Below are positions 1-11,920 of a stretch of DNA of 64,000 nt, in pieces (positions within the stretch are counted from its first letter, which is position 1; every line of letters starts with the position of its first letter). The notes beneath the pieces were generated by a model, which made no database searches, was not told the origin of the DNA, and saw only the letters and a program-made list of their open reading frames with translations. A program made the translations under genes and the position numbers. The stretch lies in the sequence record MT682711.1; one strand, written 5' to 3'. The DNA is from Escherichia phage vB_EcoM_FB.

Positions 1-231
1 CGCCCTGAATTACAGAGAAATGAAGGTATTAATATCCCTGAGTTTAGTGAGCTTGATTTAATGCCTGTTAAGAATATCGACGGATTGGCTGATATCTCCG
101 ACATTCAATATGAAGAGGTCAATGAGATTAATGCTGAAGCGGCGGAATTCGTACATCCTTATGTTGTAATTAATGGACGAGGAGAGGATGCTCCTCCTAC
201 AGCATTTGATGATGCTTTTTTAGATGATTAA
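1..231 (+). CDS. 14: neck protein gp14, C-terminal fragment (5' end outside window)
   Basis: Frame-1 ORF open from window edge to TAA 229-231; sits directly upstream of gene 15 as in T4; followed by a GC hairpin. Confidence 0.5.
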   Translation, partial: RPELQRNEGINIPEFSELDLMPVKNIDGLADISDIQYEEVNEINAEAAEFVHPYVVINGRGEDAPPTAFDDAFLDD

Positions 232-240
232 ATAATACAT

Positions 241-260
241 GGCGCATGGTGCGCCATTTT
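241..260 (+). terminator. rho-independent terminator-like hairpin after gene 14
   Basis: Perfect inverted repeat GGCGCA-TGG-TGCGCC followed by ATTTT. Confidence 0.55.
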
Positions 261-270
261 AGGAGGTTTG

Positions 271-1133
271 ATGTTTGGACATTGGTATAATAGTTCGCTA
301 CGTCGCTATATTGTTTTGATGGGTGATTTATTTTCCCATGTTCAAGTAGCACGTCAAAGAGAAGATACAGGACTTAAATTTATTAAGGTTCCTATTACGT
401 ATGCTTCTAAAGAAAGATTTATGGCAAATTTGGGTAAATGGACGGCAGTACAGAATATTCCAAATCCTAATATGACAGCTAAAGAACGGGCCGAACAAAA
501 AGCTAAAGTGGAAACAGTTCTTCCGCGTATGAACCTCCAAATGGTTGATATGCTTTACAACTCACAATATAAAACAGCCCTTCAAAACAGAACACAAATT
601 CAATTTGAGAATGGCGACCCACGTAAGCGTGTCAGCCAATATTCTCCTACTCCGGTTAAAATGATTTTCGAACTGGGTATTTACACTAGAACCCAAGATG
701 ATATGTTCCAAATTGTAGAACAGATTATGCCTTATTTCCAACCTCACTTCAATACAACTATCACTGAACTCTATACAAACGAAATTAAATTTGACCGTGA
801 TATCCGTATTGTGTTCCAATCTATAGCAATGGATGAACAATTAGAAGGTGATACCACTTCTAGACGTCGCTTAGAGTGGTCTATGATGTTTGAGGTTAAT
901 GGTTGGTTATATCCTCCTGTGAAGGAAATGGAAGGCGAAATTAAAACCATTTATCTTGATTTCTTTGCCAACTCAAAGGAACTCGCTCCTGAAGGTAATT
1001 TCGAATCGGTTGATAGCGAAGTGGTTCCTAGAGGTGTAGAAGAAAAAGAATGGGACGGTAAGTCCATTCAAACATATTCACAAGATATTCCAGTGCCTGT
1101 CGAGCCAGCGCCTCCAGCACCAAGGAGAAACCC

Positions 1134-1137
<4 letters not shown>
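271..1137 (+). CDS. 15: tail sheath stabilizer / tail completion protein gp15
   Basis: ATG 271 preceded by AGGAGG; translation [13 protein letters not shown]... matches my recollection of T4 gp15 along its length. Confidence 0.9.
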
Positions 1138-3447
<2,310 letters not shown>

Positions 3448-3476
3448 ACAATAAAGCATAACCAAGAGGATTCAAA

Positions 3477-5459
3477 ATGTCTTTATTATCACCGGGCATT
3501 GAGCTCAAAGAAACGTCCGTACAGAGTACTGTCGTTCGTAACGCAACGGGTCGTGCAGCGCTGGTTGGTAAATTCCAGTGGGGCCCTGCTTTCCAGGTAA
3601 CTCAGATTACTAATGAAGTTGAACTGGTCGACTTATTTGGAGGTCCTAATAACGAAGTTGCCGATTACTTCATGTCAGGTATGAACTTCCTCCAGTATGG
3701 TAACGACCTTCGTACTGTTCGTGTTGTTAACCGCGAATTCGCTAAAAACGCGTCTCCGGTAGCAGGTAACGTCCAAACCACTATTACTACTGCAGGTTCT
3801 AACTATGCGGTAGGCGATAAAATTAATATCAAATATAACCAGACTGTTGTTGAATCTGAAGGTCGTGTAACTTCGGTTGATACAGACGGTAAAATTCTAT
3901 CAGTGTTTATTCCTACCGGCAAGATTATTTCTTATGCTCGTTCTGTTAACCAGTATCCGAACCTAGGCCCTGCGTGGACTGCTGAAGCTACTTCTGCCTC
4001 TTCCGGTGTTTCTGGTACTATTACCGTCGGTAAAATCGTAACCGATTCCGGTATTCTTTTGACCGAAGCAGAGAACAGTGAAGAAGCTATTACTTCCCTA
4101 GAATTCCAAGCATCTCTTAAACAGTTTGGTATGCCTGGCGTGGTCGCTCTTTATCCTGGTGAAATTGGCAGCACCTTAGAAGTTGAAATTGTTTCTAAAG
4201 CGGCTTATGACGCTGGTTCTACTAAAATGTTGGATATTTATCCAAATGGCGGTACTCGTGCTTCTGTAGCTAAAGCGGTATTCAACTACGGTCCTCAGTC
4301 CGATAACCAGTATGCTATTATTGTTCGTCGTGATGGTGCAATCGTAGAATCCGTCGTACTTTCTACCAAAGAAGGTGAAAAAGACGTTTACGGTAATAAC
4401 ATTTATCTCGATGACTATTTCGCTAAAGGTACTTCTAACTATATTTTTGCTACCTCTTTGAACTGGCCTAAAGGCTTCAGTGGTATCATTAATCTTATGG
4501 GTGGTGTATCTGCTAACGATCAGGTTACTGCGAGTGATTTGATGCAGGGTTGGGATTTGTTTGCCGACCGTGAAGCACTCCATATTAACCTTTTGATTGC
4601 TGGTGCCGTTGCCGGTGAAGGTGATGAAGTTGCTTCTACCGTCCAGAAACACGTTGTTAGTATTGCTGATGAACGTCAGGATTGCTTGGCATTTATTTCT
4701 CCTCCTAAAGGACTGTTGGTTAACGTTCCATTGACTCGTGCAGTAGATAATCTTATCGACTGGCGTACCGGTGCAGGTACTTTCGATACCAACAACATGA
4801 ACATTAGCACCACTTATGCTGCTATTGATGGTAACTATAAATATCAGTATGACAAATATAATGACGTAAACCGTTGGGTGCCTCTGGCCGCTGATATGGC
4901 TGGTTTGTGTGCACGTACTGATGATGTTTCTCAGCCTTGGATGTCTCCGGCAGGTTATAACCGTGGCCAGATTCTTAACGTTCTGAAATTGGCAATTGAA
5001 CCACGTCAAGCACAACGTGACCGCATGTACCAGGAAGCTATTAACCCAGTTGTTGGTTTTGCTGGTGGCGATGGTTTCGTATTGTTTGGTGATAAGACTG
5101 CAACCAAAGTTCCATCTCCGATGGACCACATTAACGTTCGCCGTCTGTTCAACATGCTTAAGAAAAATATCGGTGATGCCTCTAAATATAAACTGTTTGA
5201 ATTGAACGACAACTTCACTCGTTCAAGCTTCCGTATGGAAGTTTCTCAGTACTTAGATGGTATTAAGGCACTTGGTGGGATTTATGAAGGACGTGTGGTT
5301 TGTGATACTACAGTGAACACCCCTGCGGTTATCGACCGTAACGAGTTTATTGCTAATATCTACGTTAAACCGGCCCGTTCTATTAACTACATCACGTTGA
5401 ACTTCGTTGCAACGAGCACTGGTGCTGATTTTGATGAATTGATTGGACCTTTAGTATAA
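3477..5459 (+). CDS. 18: tail sheath protein gp18
   Basis: 660 aa; matches my recollection of T4 gp18 in sequence and gene order. Confidence 0.95.
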   Translation: MSLLSPGIELKETSVQSTVVRNATGRAALVGKFQWGPAFQVTQITNEVELVDLFGGPNNEVADYFMSGMNFLQYGNDLRTVRVVNREFAKNASPVAGNVQTTITTAGSNYAVGDKINIKYNQTVVESEGRVTSVDTDGKILSVFIPTGKIISYARSVNQYPNLGPAWTAEATSASSGVSGTITVGKIVTDSGILLTEAENSEEAITSLEFQASLKQFGMPGVVALYPGEIGSTLEVEIVSKAAYDAGSTKMLDIYPNGGTRASVAKAVFNYGPQSDNQYAIIVRRDGAIVESVVLSTKEGEKDVYGNNIYLDDYFAKGTSNYIFATSLNWPKGFSGIINLMGGVSANDQVTASDLMQGWDLFADREALHINLLIAGAVAGEGDEVASTVQKHVVSIADERQDCLAFISPPKGLLVNVPLTRAVDNLIDWRTGAGTFDTNNMNISTTYAAIDGNYKYQYDKYNDVNRWVPLAADMAGLCARTDDVSQPWMSPAGYNRGQILNVLKLAIEPRQAQRDRMYQEAINPVVGFAGGDGFVLFGDKTATKVPSPMDHINVRRLFNMLKKNIGDASKYKLFELNDNFTRSSFRMEVSQYLDGIKALGGIYEGRVVCDTTVNTPAVIDRNEFIANIYVKPARSINYITLNFVATSTGADFDELIGPLV

Positions 5460-5584
5460 TCTATTATCCCAGGCTGTAATATAAAGAACCTAAAACCATT
5501 ATACCATGAGTTTGGTTACAGCGTACATCACGCAGAATTGCGCCTGGGGTTGATTATTCTTTAGGAATATGATTTATCAACTGT

Positions 5585-5592
5585 TATAAATA
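5585..5592 (+). promoter_or_regulatory. T4-type late promoter TATAAATA (gene 19)
   Basis: Exact TATAAATA 53 nt upstream of gene 19 ATG. Confidence 0.65.
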
Positions 5593-5644
5593 AATTAATC
5601 AGAACGTTCCTGGTGTGTCCAGGAACCGACTTAAGAGGCATCCC

Positions 5645-6136
5645 ATGGAGTTGACAGATATCACTCGTGCATTTGAGTCAGGTGACTTTGCACGCCCTAA
5701 CCTTTTCGAAGTGGAAATTCCATTTCTTGGTAAAAACTTTAGCTTTAAATGTAAAGCAGCACCAATGCCTGCTGGCATTGTAGAAAAAGTACCGGTTGGC
5801 TACATGAACCGTAAAATTAACGTAGCTGGTGACCGTACGTTTGATGATTGGACAATTACCATTTATAACGATGATGCACATGACACCCGTCAAGCAATTG
5901 TTGATTGGCAGAATCTCTGTCATGGTATGACCAATGAAATTACCGGTGCAGCACCTGCAGAATATAAGAAACAAGCAGTAGTTCGCCAGTTCCATCGTGA
6001 CGGCAAGACTGTGACCAAAGAAGTTACAATTTACGGCTTATGGCCTACTAACGTTGGTGAAGTCCAGATGGATTGGGACAGCAACAACGAGGTAGAAACT
6101 TTCGAATCTACGTTCGCTATCGATTGGTGGGAATGA
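5645..6136 (+). CDS. 19: tail tube protein gp19
   Basis: Start re-set to ATG 5645 (AAGAGG SD); 163 aa, same length as T4 gp19; ITRAFESGDFARPNLF conserved; track ORF starts at an upstream GTG. Confidence 0.95.
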   Translation: MELTDITRAFESGDFARPNLFEVEIPFLGKNFSFKCKAAPMPAGIVEKVPVGYMNRKINVAGDRTFDDWTITIYNDDAHDTRQAIVDWQNLCHGMTNEITGAAPAEYKKQAVVRQFHRDGKTVTKEVTIYGLWPTNVGEVQMDWDSNNEVETFESTFAIDWWE

Positions 6137-6137
6137 G

Positions 6138-6145
6138 TATAAATA
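6138..6145 (+). promoter_or_regulatory. T4-type late promoter TATAAATA (gene 20)
   Basis: Exact TATAAATA; leader then contains hairpin AAGGAGC-TTCG-GCTCCTT (6154-6171). Confidence 0.6.
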
Positions 6146-6193
6146 GAATTATCAAGGAGCTTCGGCTCCTTATCCCATTCATCGGAGACTCTA

Positions 6194-7768
6194 ATGGCAA
6201 ACTTTAATACAATATTAAGTTTTCTTAAGCCATGGGCTAATGAAGACGAAAAAGAATATAAACAACAAATTAATAACAATTTAGAGTCTGTCACCGCACC
6301 TAAGCTTGATGATGGCGCTCGCGAAATTGAGACACAAGAGCAAAATATTCCTTATAATGCTCTTATGCAACAGATGTTTGGTAGTAATGAGCCTGAAGTT
6401 AAAAATACCAGGGAACTTATTGATACCTACCGTAATTTAATGAACAACTATGAAGTCGACAACGCCGTACAGGAAATTGTGTCTGACGCTATTGTCTATG
6501 AGGATGATAAAGAAGTAGTTGCATTGAATTTAGACGGGACAGAATTTAGTCAAGCAATTAAAGATAAAATCTTGGCCGAATTCAGTGAAGTTTTAAACCT
6601 TTTAAATTTCCAACGTAAAGGTACTGACCATTTCCAACGCTGGTATGTAGACTCAAGAATTTTCTTTCATAAAATTATAAACCCTAAAAAAATGAAAGAT
6701 GGCGTACAAGAGCTTCGTCGCTTAGACCCACGCCAAGTCCAATATATTCGTGAAATCGTTACACGTATGGAAGATGGCGTTAAAGTTGTAGACGGATATC
6801 GCGAGTTTTTCGTTTATGATACAGGCCATGAAAGTTATTGCGCTGATGGACGCATTTATTCAGCCGGGACTAAAGTTAAAATTCCTCGTGCTGCAGTGGT
6901 TTATGCTCATTCTGGATTATTAGATTGTTGTGGTAAAAACATCATTGGCTATTTGCAACGTGCTATTAAGCCTGCAAACCAGCTTAAATTGATGGAAGAC
7001 GCAATGGTCATCTACCGTATTACACGTGCTCCCGACCGTCGTGTGTTTTATATCGATACAGGTAATATGCCTTCACGTAAGGCTGCAGCACAAATGCAAC
7101 ATATCATGAACACGATGAAAAACCGTGTGGTGTATGATGCTTCGACAGGTAAAATTAAAAACCAACAACACAATATGTCCATGACTGAAGACTATTGGTT
7201 GCAACGTCGTGATGGTAAAGCGGTAACAGAAGTTGATACAATGCCAGGTGCTACTGGTATGAGTGATATGGATGACGTTCTTTATTTCCGCACAGCACTT
7301 TACCGTGCGTTGCGTGTTCCTGAATCACGTATCCCTAGCGAGTCTAATTCTGGTGTTATGTTTGATGCCGGTACAGCAATCACTCGTGACGAATTAAAAT
7401 TCTCTAAATGGATTCGTCAACTACAAAACAAATTTGAAGAAATTTTCCTAGACCCGTTAAAAACAAACCTCATTCTTAAAAAGATTATTACAGAAGATGA
7501 GTGGGAAAAGGAAATAAATAATATTAAAGTTACGTTTAACCGTGATAGCTATTTCAGTGAAATGAAAGATGCTGAAATCATGGAACGCAGAATCAATATG
7601 CTAACGATGGCTGAACCATTTATTGGTAAGTATATTTCACATCAAACGGCTATGAAAGATTTCCTCCAAATGACCGACGAAGAAATTAATCAAGAAGCTA
7701 AGCAAATTGAAGAAGAGTCTAAAGAGGCTCGTTTCCAAAACCCAGATGAAGAAGAAGAGGATTTCTAA
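6194..7768 (+). CDS. 20: portal vertex protein gp20
   Basis: 524 aa, same length as T4 gp20; position after gene 19. Confidence 0.95.
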   Translation: MANFNTILSFLKPWANEDEKEYKQQINNNLESVTAPKLDDGAREIETQEQNIPYNALMQQMFGSNEPEVKNTRELIDTYRNLMNNYEVDNAVQEIVSDAIVYEDDKEVVALNLDGTEFSQAIKDKILAEFSEVLNLLNFQRKGTDHFQRWYVDSRIFFHKIINPKKMKDGVQELRRLDPRQVQYIREIVTRMEDGVKVVDGYREFFVYDTGHESYCADGRIYSAGTKVKIPRAAVVYAHSGLLDCCGKNIIGYLQRAIKPANQLKLMEDAMVIYRITRAPDRRVFYIDTGNMPSRKAAAQMQHIMNTMKNRVVYDASTGKIKNQQHNMSMTEDYWLQRRDGKAVTEVDTMPGATGMSDMDDVLYFRTALYRALRVPESRIPSESNSGVMFDAGTAITRDELKFSKWIRQLQNKFEEIFLDPLKTNLILKKIITEDEWEKEINNIKVTFNRDSYFSEMKDAEIMERRINMLTMAEPFIGKYISHQTAMKDFLQMTDEEINQEAKQIEEESKEARFQNPDEEEEDF

Positions 7769-8013
7769 TGGAAGATTTAATCGAAGCTATTAAATCAAAC
7801 GACCTCGTAGCAGTTCGTAAAGCAGCAGCCCCGCTTATCGAATCTCGAGTAACCGCTTTGATTGAAGCCCGTAAAGCAGAAATTGCTCGCTCCGTTATGA
7901 TTGAAGGCGAAGAAGCTGACGAAGATGACGAAGACGACGAAAAATCCGATAAAGCAGATAAGAAAGACAAAAAAGAATCTGACGATGCGGATGATGACGA
8001 GGACGACGAATAA
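7768..8013 (+). CDS. 67: prohead core protein gp67
   Basis: 81 aa with highly acidic C-terminus; ATG overlaps gene 20 stop; T4 order 20-67-68-21. Confidence 0.8.
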   Translation: MEDLIEAIKSNDLVAVRKAAAPLIESRVTALIEARKAEIARSVMIEGEEADEDDEDDEKSDKADKKDKKESDDADDDEDDE

Positions 8014-8441
8014 TGTTCCTTATCCCTGATGATTACGAATTAACTCTAGAAAGCGTAGAGGCCAAAATTCCAGAAGCACAGGGACGTTTTGCTGCTCTTT
8101 CTGAAGCGCTCGAGAAAAGCGATATAAATAATCTTGTAGAGAACATGATTGCTGAAGGCGATATCGAATGTGCTATCGCTCTTGGTTCTTTAAATGAATC
8201 AATGGCTCTTAACGAATTTATAGTTAAACACGTTTCCTCTAAAGGTGAGCTTACTCGTACTAAAGATATTAAAACCCGTCAACGTAATGCGTTCCAAACG
8301 ACAGGTTTATCTAAAGCAAAACGCCGTCAGATTGCTCGTAAAGCATCTAAAACCAAACGTGCTAATCCGTCTACTCAAGTACGTGCCGAACGTAAGCGTA
8401 AGAAAGCCCGTTCTAAACGTAAAGCTTTTGGACTCAACTAA
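8013..8441 (+). CDS. 68: prohead core protein gp68
   Basis: 142 aa with basic C-terminus; overlapping start/stop with flanking genes; T4 synteny. Confidence 0.8.
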   Translation: MFLIPDDYELTLESVEAKIPEAQGRFAALSEALEKSDINNLVENMIAEGDIECAIALGSLNESMALNEFIVKHVSSKGELTRTKDIKTRQRNAFQTTGLSKAKRRQIARKASKTKRANPSTQVRAERKRKKARSKRKAFGLN

Positions 8442-9076
8442 TGAAACCTGAATTGCTCATCGAACATTGGGGACAACCAGGTGAAATTATCGATGGGGTT
8501 CCTATGTTGGAATCTCATGATGGAAAAAATTCTGGGCTTGCTCCCGGCCTTTATATAGAAGGCATTTTCATGCAAGCAGAGGTAGTTAACCGTAATAAAC
8601 GGCTTTACCCAAAACCTATTTTGGAAAAAGCCGTTGCCGATTATATGGCAGAACAGGTTGCTACTAAACAAGCTTTAGGAGAATTAAACCACCCACCTCG
8701 TGCTAACGTTGACCCTATGCAAGCTGCTATCATTATTGAAGATATGTGGTGGAAAGGTAATGATGTTTATGGACGTGCACGTATCATCGAAGGTGACCAT
8801 GGCCCGGGTGATAAACTAGCTGCAAATATCCGAGCTGGCTGGGTTCCTGGTGTTAGTTCTCGCGGTCTTGGTTCTTTAACTGAAACCAATAAAGGATATA
8901 AGCGTGTAAACGAAGGTTATAAATTAACCGTCGGTGTTGATGCAGTATGGGGACCATCTGCTCCTGATGCTTATGTAACTCCGAAGCAAATTACAGAATC
9001 ACAAACGGTAGAAACCGATACCAGTGCCGATGACGCCTTTATGGCTCTCGCAGAGGCCATGAAAAAAGCGTTATAA
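8441..9076 (+). CDS. 21: prohead core protease gp21
   Basis: 211 aa; position and length match T4 gp21. Confidence 0.9.
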   Translation: MKPELLIEHWGQPGEIIDGVPMLESHDGKNSGLAPGLYIEGIFMQAEVVNRNKRLYPKPILEKAVADYMAEQVATKQALGELNHPPRANVDPMQAAIIIEDMWWKGNDVYGRARIIEGDHGPGDKLAANIRAGWVPGVSSRGLGSLTETNKGYKRVNEGYKLTVGVDAVWGPSAPDAYVTPKQITESQTVETDTSADDAFMALAEAMKKAL

Positions 9077-9079
9077 ATA
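9072..9079 (+). promoter_or_regulatory. T4-type late promoter TATAAATA (gene 22)
   Basis: Exact TATAAATA about 28 nt upstream of gene 22 ATG. Confidence 0.65.
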
Positions 9080-9106
9080 TTATTATCTAAACAACAGGAC
9101 TACAAA

Positions 9107-9922
9107 ATGCTTAAAGAACAACTGATCGCCGAAGCACAGAATATTGATGCTTCCGTTGCTCTTGACAGTATTTTCGAATCAGTTAATATTTCTCCGGAAG
9201 CAAAAGAAACTTTCGGCACTGTATTCGAAGCTACCGTCAAGCAACACGCCGTGAAACTGGCTGAATCTCACATCGCTAAAATCGCTGAAAAAGCGGAAGA
9301 AGAAGTCGAGAAAAATAAAGAAGAAGCTGAAGAAAAAGCCGATAAGAAAATCCAAGAAGCTGCCGGTCGTTTCCTTGACCACGTTGCTAAAGAATGGATG
9401 GCTGAAAACCAGCTGGCTGTTGATAAAGGTATTAAAGCCGAACTGTTCGAATCCATGTTGATGGGTATGAAAGAACTGTTTGTTGAACACAATGTGGTTG
9501 TTCCAGAAGAAGCAGTAGATGTTGTTGCTGAAATGGAAGAAGAACTCCAAGAGCAGAAAGATGAAACCGCTCGTCTGTTCGAAGAAGTTGGTAAGCGCGA
9601 CGCGTATATTAATTACGTACAGCGTGAAGTTGCTGTTACGGAAGCAACTAAAGACCTGACTGAATCCCAAAAAGAAAAAGTTAGTTCTCTGGTAGAAGGC
9701 ATGGATTATTCCGATGCATTCGGTAGAAAAATTGGCGCTATTGTTGAAATGGTTAAAGGTCAGTCTGACGTTGAAAACCCAATCACCGAAGCCGCTATAA
9801 ATAAAAATGTAGTCGATGCTGCGGCACTGAATTACATTTCAGAAGCAGTTGAAGAAAAAGGCGCTAAGCCTACCCTGTCCTTCGCGGACCTGTCTGCAAT
9901 CGCAGCATCACGAATTTCTTAA
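9107..9922 (+). CDS. 22: prohead core scaffold protein gp22
   Basis: 271 aa, acidic coiled-coil-like composition; T4 synteny. Confidence 0.9.
   Translation: MLKEQLIAEAQNIDASVALDSIFESVNISPEAKETFGTVFEATVKQHAVKLAESHIAKIAEKAEEEVEKNKEEAEEKADKKIQEAAGRFLDHVAKEWMAENQLAVDKGIKAELFESMLMGMKELFVEHNVVVPEEAVDVVAEMEEELQEQKDETARLFEEVGKRDAYINYVQREVAVTEATKDLTESQKEKVSSLVEGMDYSDAFGRKIGAIVEMVKGQSDVENPITEAAINKNVVDAAALNYISEAVEEKGAKPTLSFADLSAIAASRIS
9796..9803 (+). promoter_or_regulatory. T4-type late promoter TATAAATA inside 3' end of gene 22 (serves gene 23)
   Basis: Exact TATAAATA about 140 nt upstream of gene 23 ATG, within gene 22 as in T4. Confidence 0.6.
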
Positions 9923-9943
9923 TTTAATAAGGTTATACAACAC

Positions 9944-11503
9944 ATGAAAAAGAATGCATTAGTTCAAAAATGGTCCGCTCTGCTGGAAAACGAAGCTCTT
10001 CCTGAAATCGTTGGTGCTTCTAAACAAGCTATCATCGCTAAAATTTTCGAAAACCAGGAACAAGACATCCTGACTGCCCCGGAATACCGTGATGAAAAAA
10101 TCTCTGAAGCATTTGGTTCTTTCCTGACCGAAGCTGAAATTGGTGGTGACCACGGTTATGATGCTACCAATATCGCAGCTGGCCAGACTTCTGGTGCTGT
10201 AACTCAGATTGGGCCGGCAGTAATGGGTATGGTTCGTCGTGCTATTCCTCATCTGATTGCTTTTGATATTTGTGGTGTTCAGCCTCTGAATAACCCTACC
10301 GGCCAGGTATTTGCCCTGCGCGCAGTTTATGGTAAAGACCCTGTCGCTGCTGGCGCTAAAGAAGCTTTCCACCCGATGTATTCTCCGGACTCTATGTTCT
10401 CTGGTCAGGGTGCTGCTGAATCTTTCGAAGCACTGGCTGCAAGCAAAGTTCTGGAAGTTGGTAAAATTTATTCTCACTTCTTCGAAGCTACCGGTGCTGC
10501 ACACTTCCAGGCTGTTGAAGCCGTAACCGTTGATGCTGCTGCTACCGATGCCGCTAAACTGGATGCTGCTGTTACCGCTTTGATTGAAGCTGGTAAGTTG
10601 GCTGAATTGGCTGAAGGTATGGCTACTTCTATCGCTGAACTTCAGGAAGGCTTTAACGGTTCTACCGATAACCCGTGGAACGAAATGGGCTTCCGCATCG
10701 ACAAACAAGTTATCGAAGCTAAATCCCGTCAGCTGAAAGCAAGCTACTCTATCGAACTGGCACAGGACCTTCGTGCAGTACACGGTATGGATGCAGATGC
10801 TGAACTGTCCGGTATCCTTGCTACCGAAATTATGCTCGAAATCAACCGTGAAGTTATCGATTGGATTAACTACTCTGCACAGGTTGGTAAATCTGGTATG
10901 ACCAACACCGTTGGCGCTAAAGCTGGTGTGTTTGACTTCCAGGACCCGATTGATATCCGTGGTGCTCGTTGGGCCGGTGAGAGCTTTAAAGCCCTTCTGT
11001 TCCAGATTGATAAAGAAGCAGCCGAAATCGCTCGTCAGACCGGTCGTGGTGCTGGTAACTTCATCATCGCTTCCCGTAACGTAGTTAACGTACTGGCTGC
11101 AGTTGATACTTCTGTAAGTTATGCAGCTCAAGGTCTGGGTCAAGGTTTCAACGTTGACACAACCAAAGCAGTATTTGCCGGTGTTCTTGGTGGTAAATAT
11201 CGCGTTTACATCGACCAGTATGCACGTTCCGATTACTTCACCATCGGTTATAAAGGCGCTAACGAAATGGACGCAGGTATCTACTATGCTCCGTACGTTG
11301 CACTGACCCCGCTGCGTGGTTCCGATCCGAAGAACTTCCAACCGGTAATGGGCTTCAAAACTCGTTACGGTATCGGTATCAACCCGTTCGCTGACCCTGC
11401 TGCTCAGGCTCCTACCAAACGTATCCAGAATGGTATGCCTGACATCGTTAACAGCCTTGGTCTGAATGGTTACTTCCGTCGCGTATATGTTAAAGGTATC
11501 TAA
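9944..11503 (+). CDS. 23: major capsid protein gp23
   Basis: 519 aa; T4 gp23 is about 521 aa; position after gene 22. Confidence 0.95.
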   Translation: MKKNALVQKWSALLENEALPEIVGASKQAIIAKIFENQEQDILTAPEYRDEKISEAFGSFLTEAEIGGDHGYDATNIAAGQTSGAVTQIGPAVMGMVRRAIPHLIAFDICGVQPLNNPTGQVFALRAVYGKDPVAAGAKEAFHPMYSPDSMFSGQGAAESFEALAASKVLEVGKIYSHFFEATGAAHFQAVEAVTVDAAATDAAKLDAAVTALIEAGKLAELAEGMATSIAELQEGFNGSTDNPWNEMGFRIDKQVIEAKSRQLKASYSIELAQDLRAVHGMDADAELSGILATEIMLEINREVIDWINYSAQVGKSGMTNTVGAKAGVFDFQDPIDIRGARWAGESFKALLFQIDKEAAEIARQTGRGAGNFIIASRNVVNVLAAVDTSVSYAAQGLGQGFNVDTTKAVFAGVLGGKYRVYIDQYARSDYFTIGYKGANEMDAGIYYAPYVALTPLRGSDPKNFQPVMGFKTRYGIGINPFADPAAQAPTKRIQNGMPDIVNSLGLNGYFRRVYVKGI

Positions 11504-11519
11504 GATATAACCTTATTAT

Positions 11520-11545
11520 GGGAGACTTCGGTCTCCCATTCTTGT
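11520..11545 (+). terminator. rho-independent terminator after gene 23
   Basis: GGGAGAC-TTCG-GTCTCCC hairpin followed by ATTCTTGTTTCTG. Confidence 0.7.
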
Positions 11546-11552
11546 TTCTGTA

Positions 11553-11819
11553 TTATGCAATCTTAACTCGGCGGTTGATGATATCACGGAAGTCAATACG
11601 ATTTTCTTGGATTTTCAGCCAGTTACCAGATTTGTCTTTGGTATGGGTAGAGTATTCACCGTTCCACCAGAAGTCGGTAGCATAAGCCATGGCTTCGTAT
11701 TTCTTAACTAAGGCATTCACTGCATTACCATTAGGATTGTTACCGAATTTTTCTACCAGAGCTTTGATGTCTTTATCAAGAGCGGAAAGAGTAGTACGAA
11801 TAAAGTTTAACTTGTTCAT
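11553..11819 (-). CDS. hypothetical small early protein (88 aa) in the slot T4 uses for segD
   Basis: ATG at 11819 preceded by GAGGAG SD and an early promoter; track ORF extends 5 codons further to 11834; no recognizable motif. Confidence 0.5.
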   Translation of the reverse strand: MNKLNFIRTTLSALDKDIKALVEKFGNNPNGNAVNALVKKYEAMAYATDFWWNGEYSTHTKDKSGNWLKIQENRIDFRDIINRRVKIA

Positions 11820-11848
11820 TTTTAATCTCCTCATGTTTTGATAGGTCT

Positions 11849-11878
11849 ATAGTAACATGTGAGAATCTTGCTGTAAAC
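11849..11878 (-). promoter_or_regulatory. T4-type early promoter (GTTTAC -35, TACTAT -10), cassette copy
   Basis: Minus strand GTTTAC, 18-nt spacer, TACTAT; followed by conserved leader ...CATGAGGAGATTAAAAATG. Confidence 0.6.
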
Positions 11879-11884
11879 AACTTT

Positions 11885-11892
11885 TATAAATA
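11885..11892 (+). promoter_or_regulatory. T4-type late promoter TATAAATA (gene 24)
   Basis: Exact TATAAATA 29 nt upstream of gene 24 ATG. Confidence 0.65.
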
Positions 11893-11920
11893 AACATATA
11901 CCCTCAATAAGGAAAGCGCA

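Noticed and set aside
8245-8451. 68-aa ORF overlapping the 3' half of gene 68 in another frame
   Set aside because: Entirely contained within gene 68 and the gene 21 start, with no SD and a basic low-complexity product that mirrors the gp68 C-terminal codons; judged an overlap artefact.
9959-11341. 460-aa minus-strand ORF inside gene 23, and similar antisense ORFs inside genes 18 (4176-5129), 29 (24220-25047), inh (17072-17467), Alt (29396-29770, 31136-32190) and 34 (56408-58905)
   Set aside because: They lie wholly within strongly conserved genes on the opposite strand, have low-complexity or biased composition, lack SD sequences, and several begin at non-ATG codons; they are shadow ORFs.
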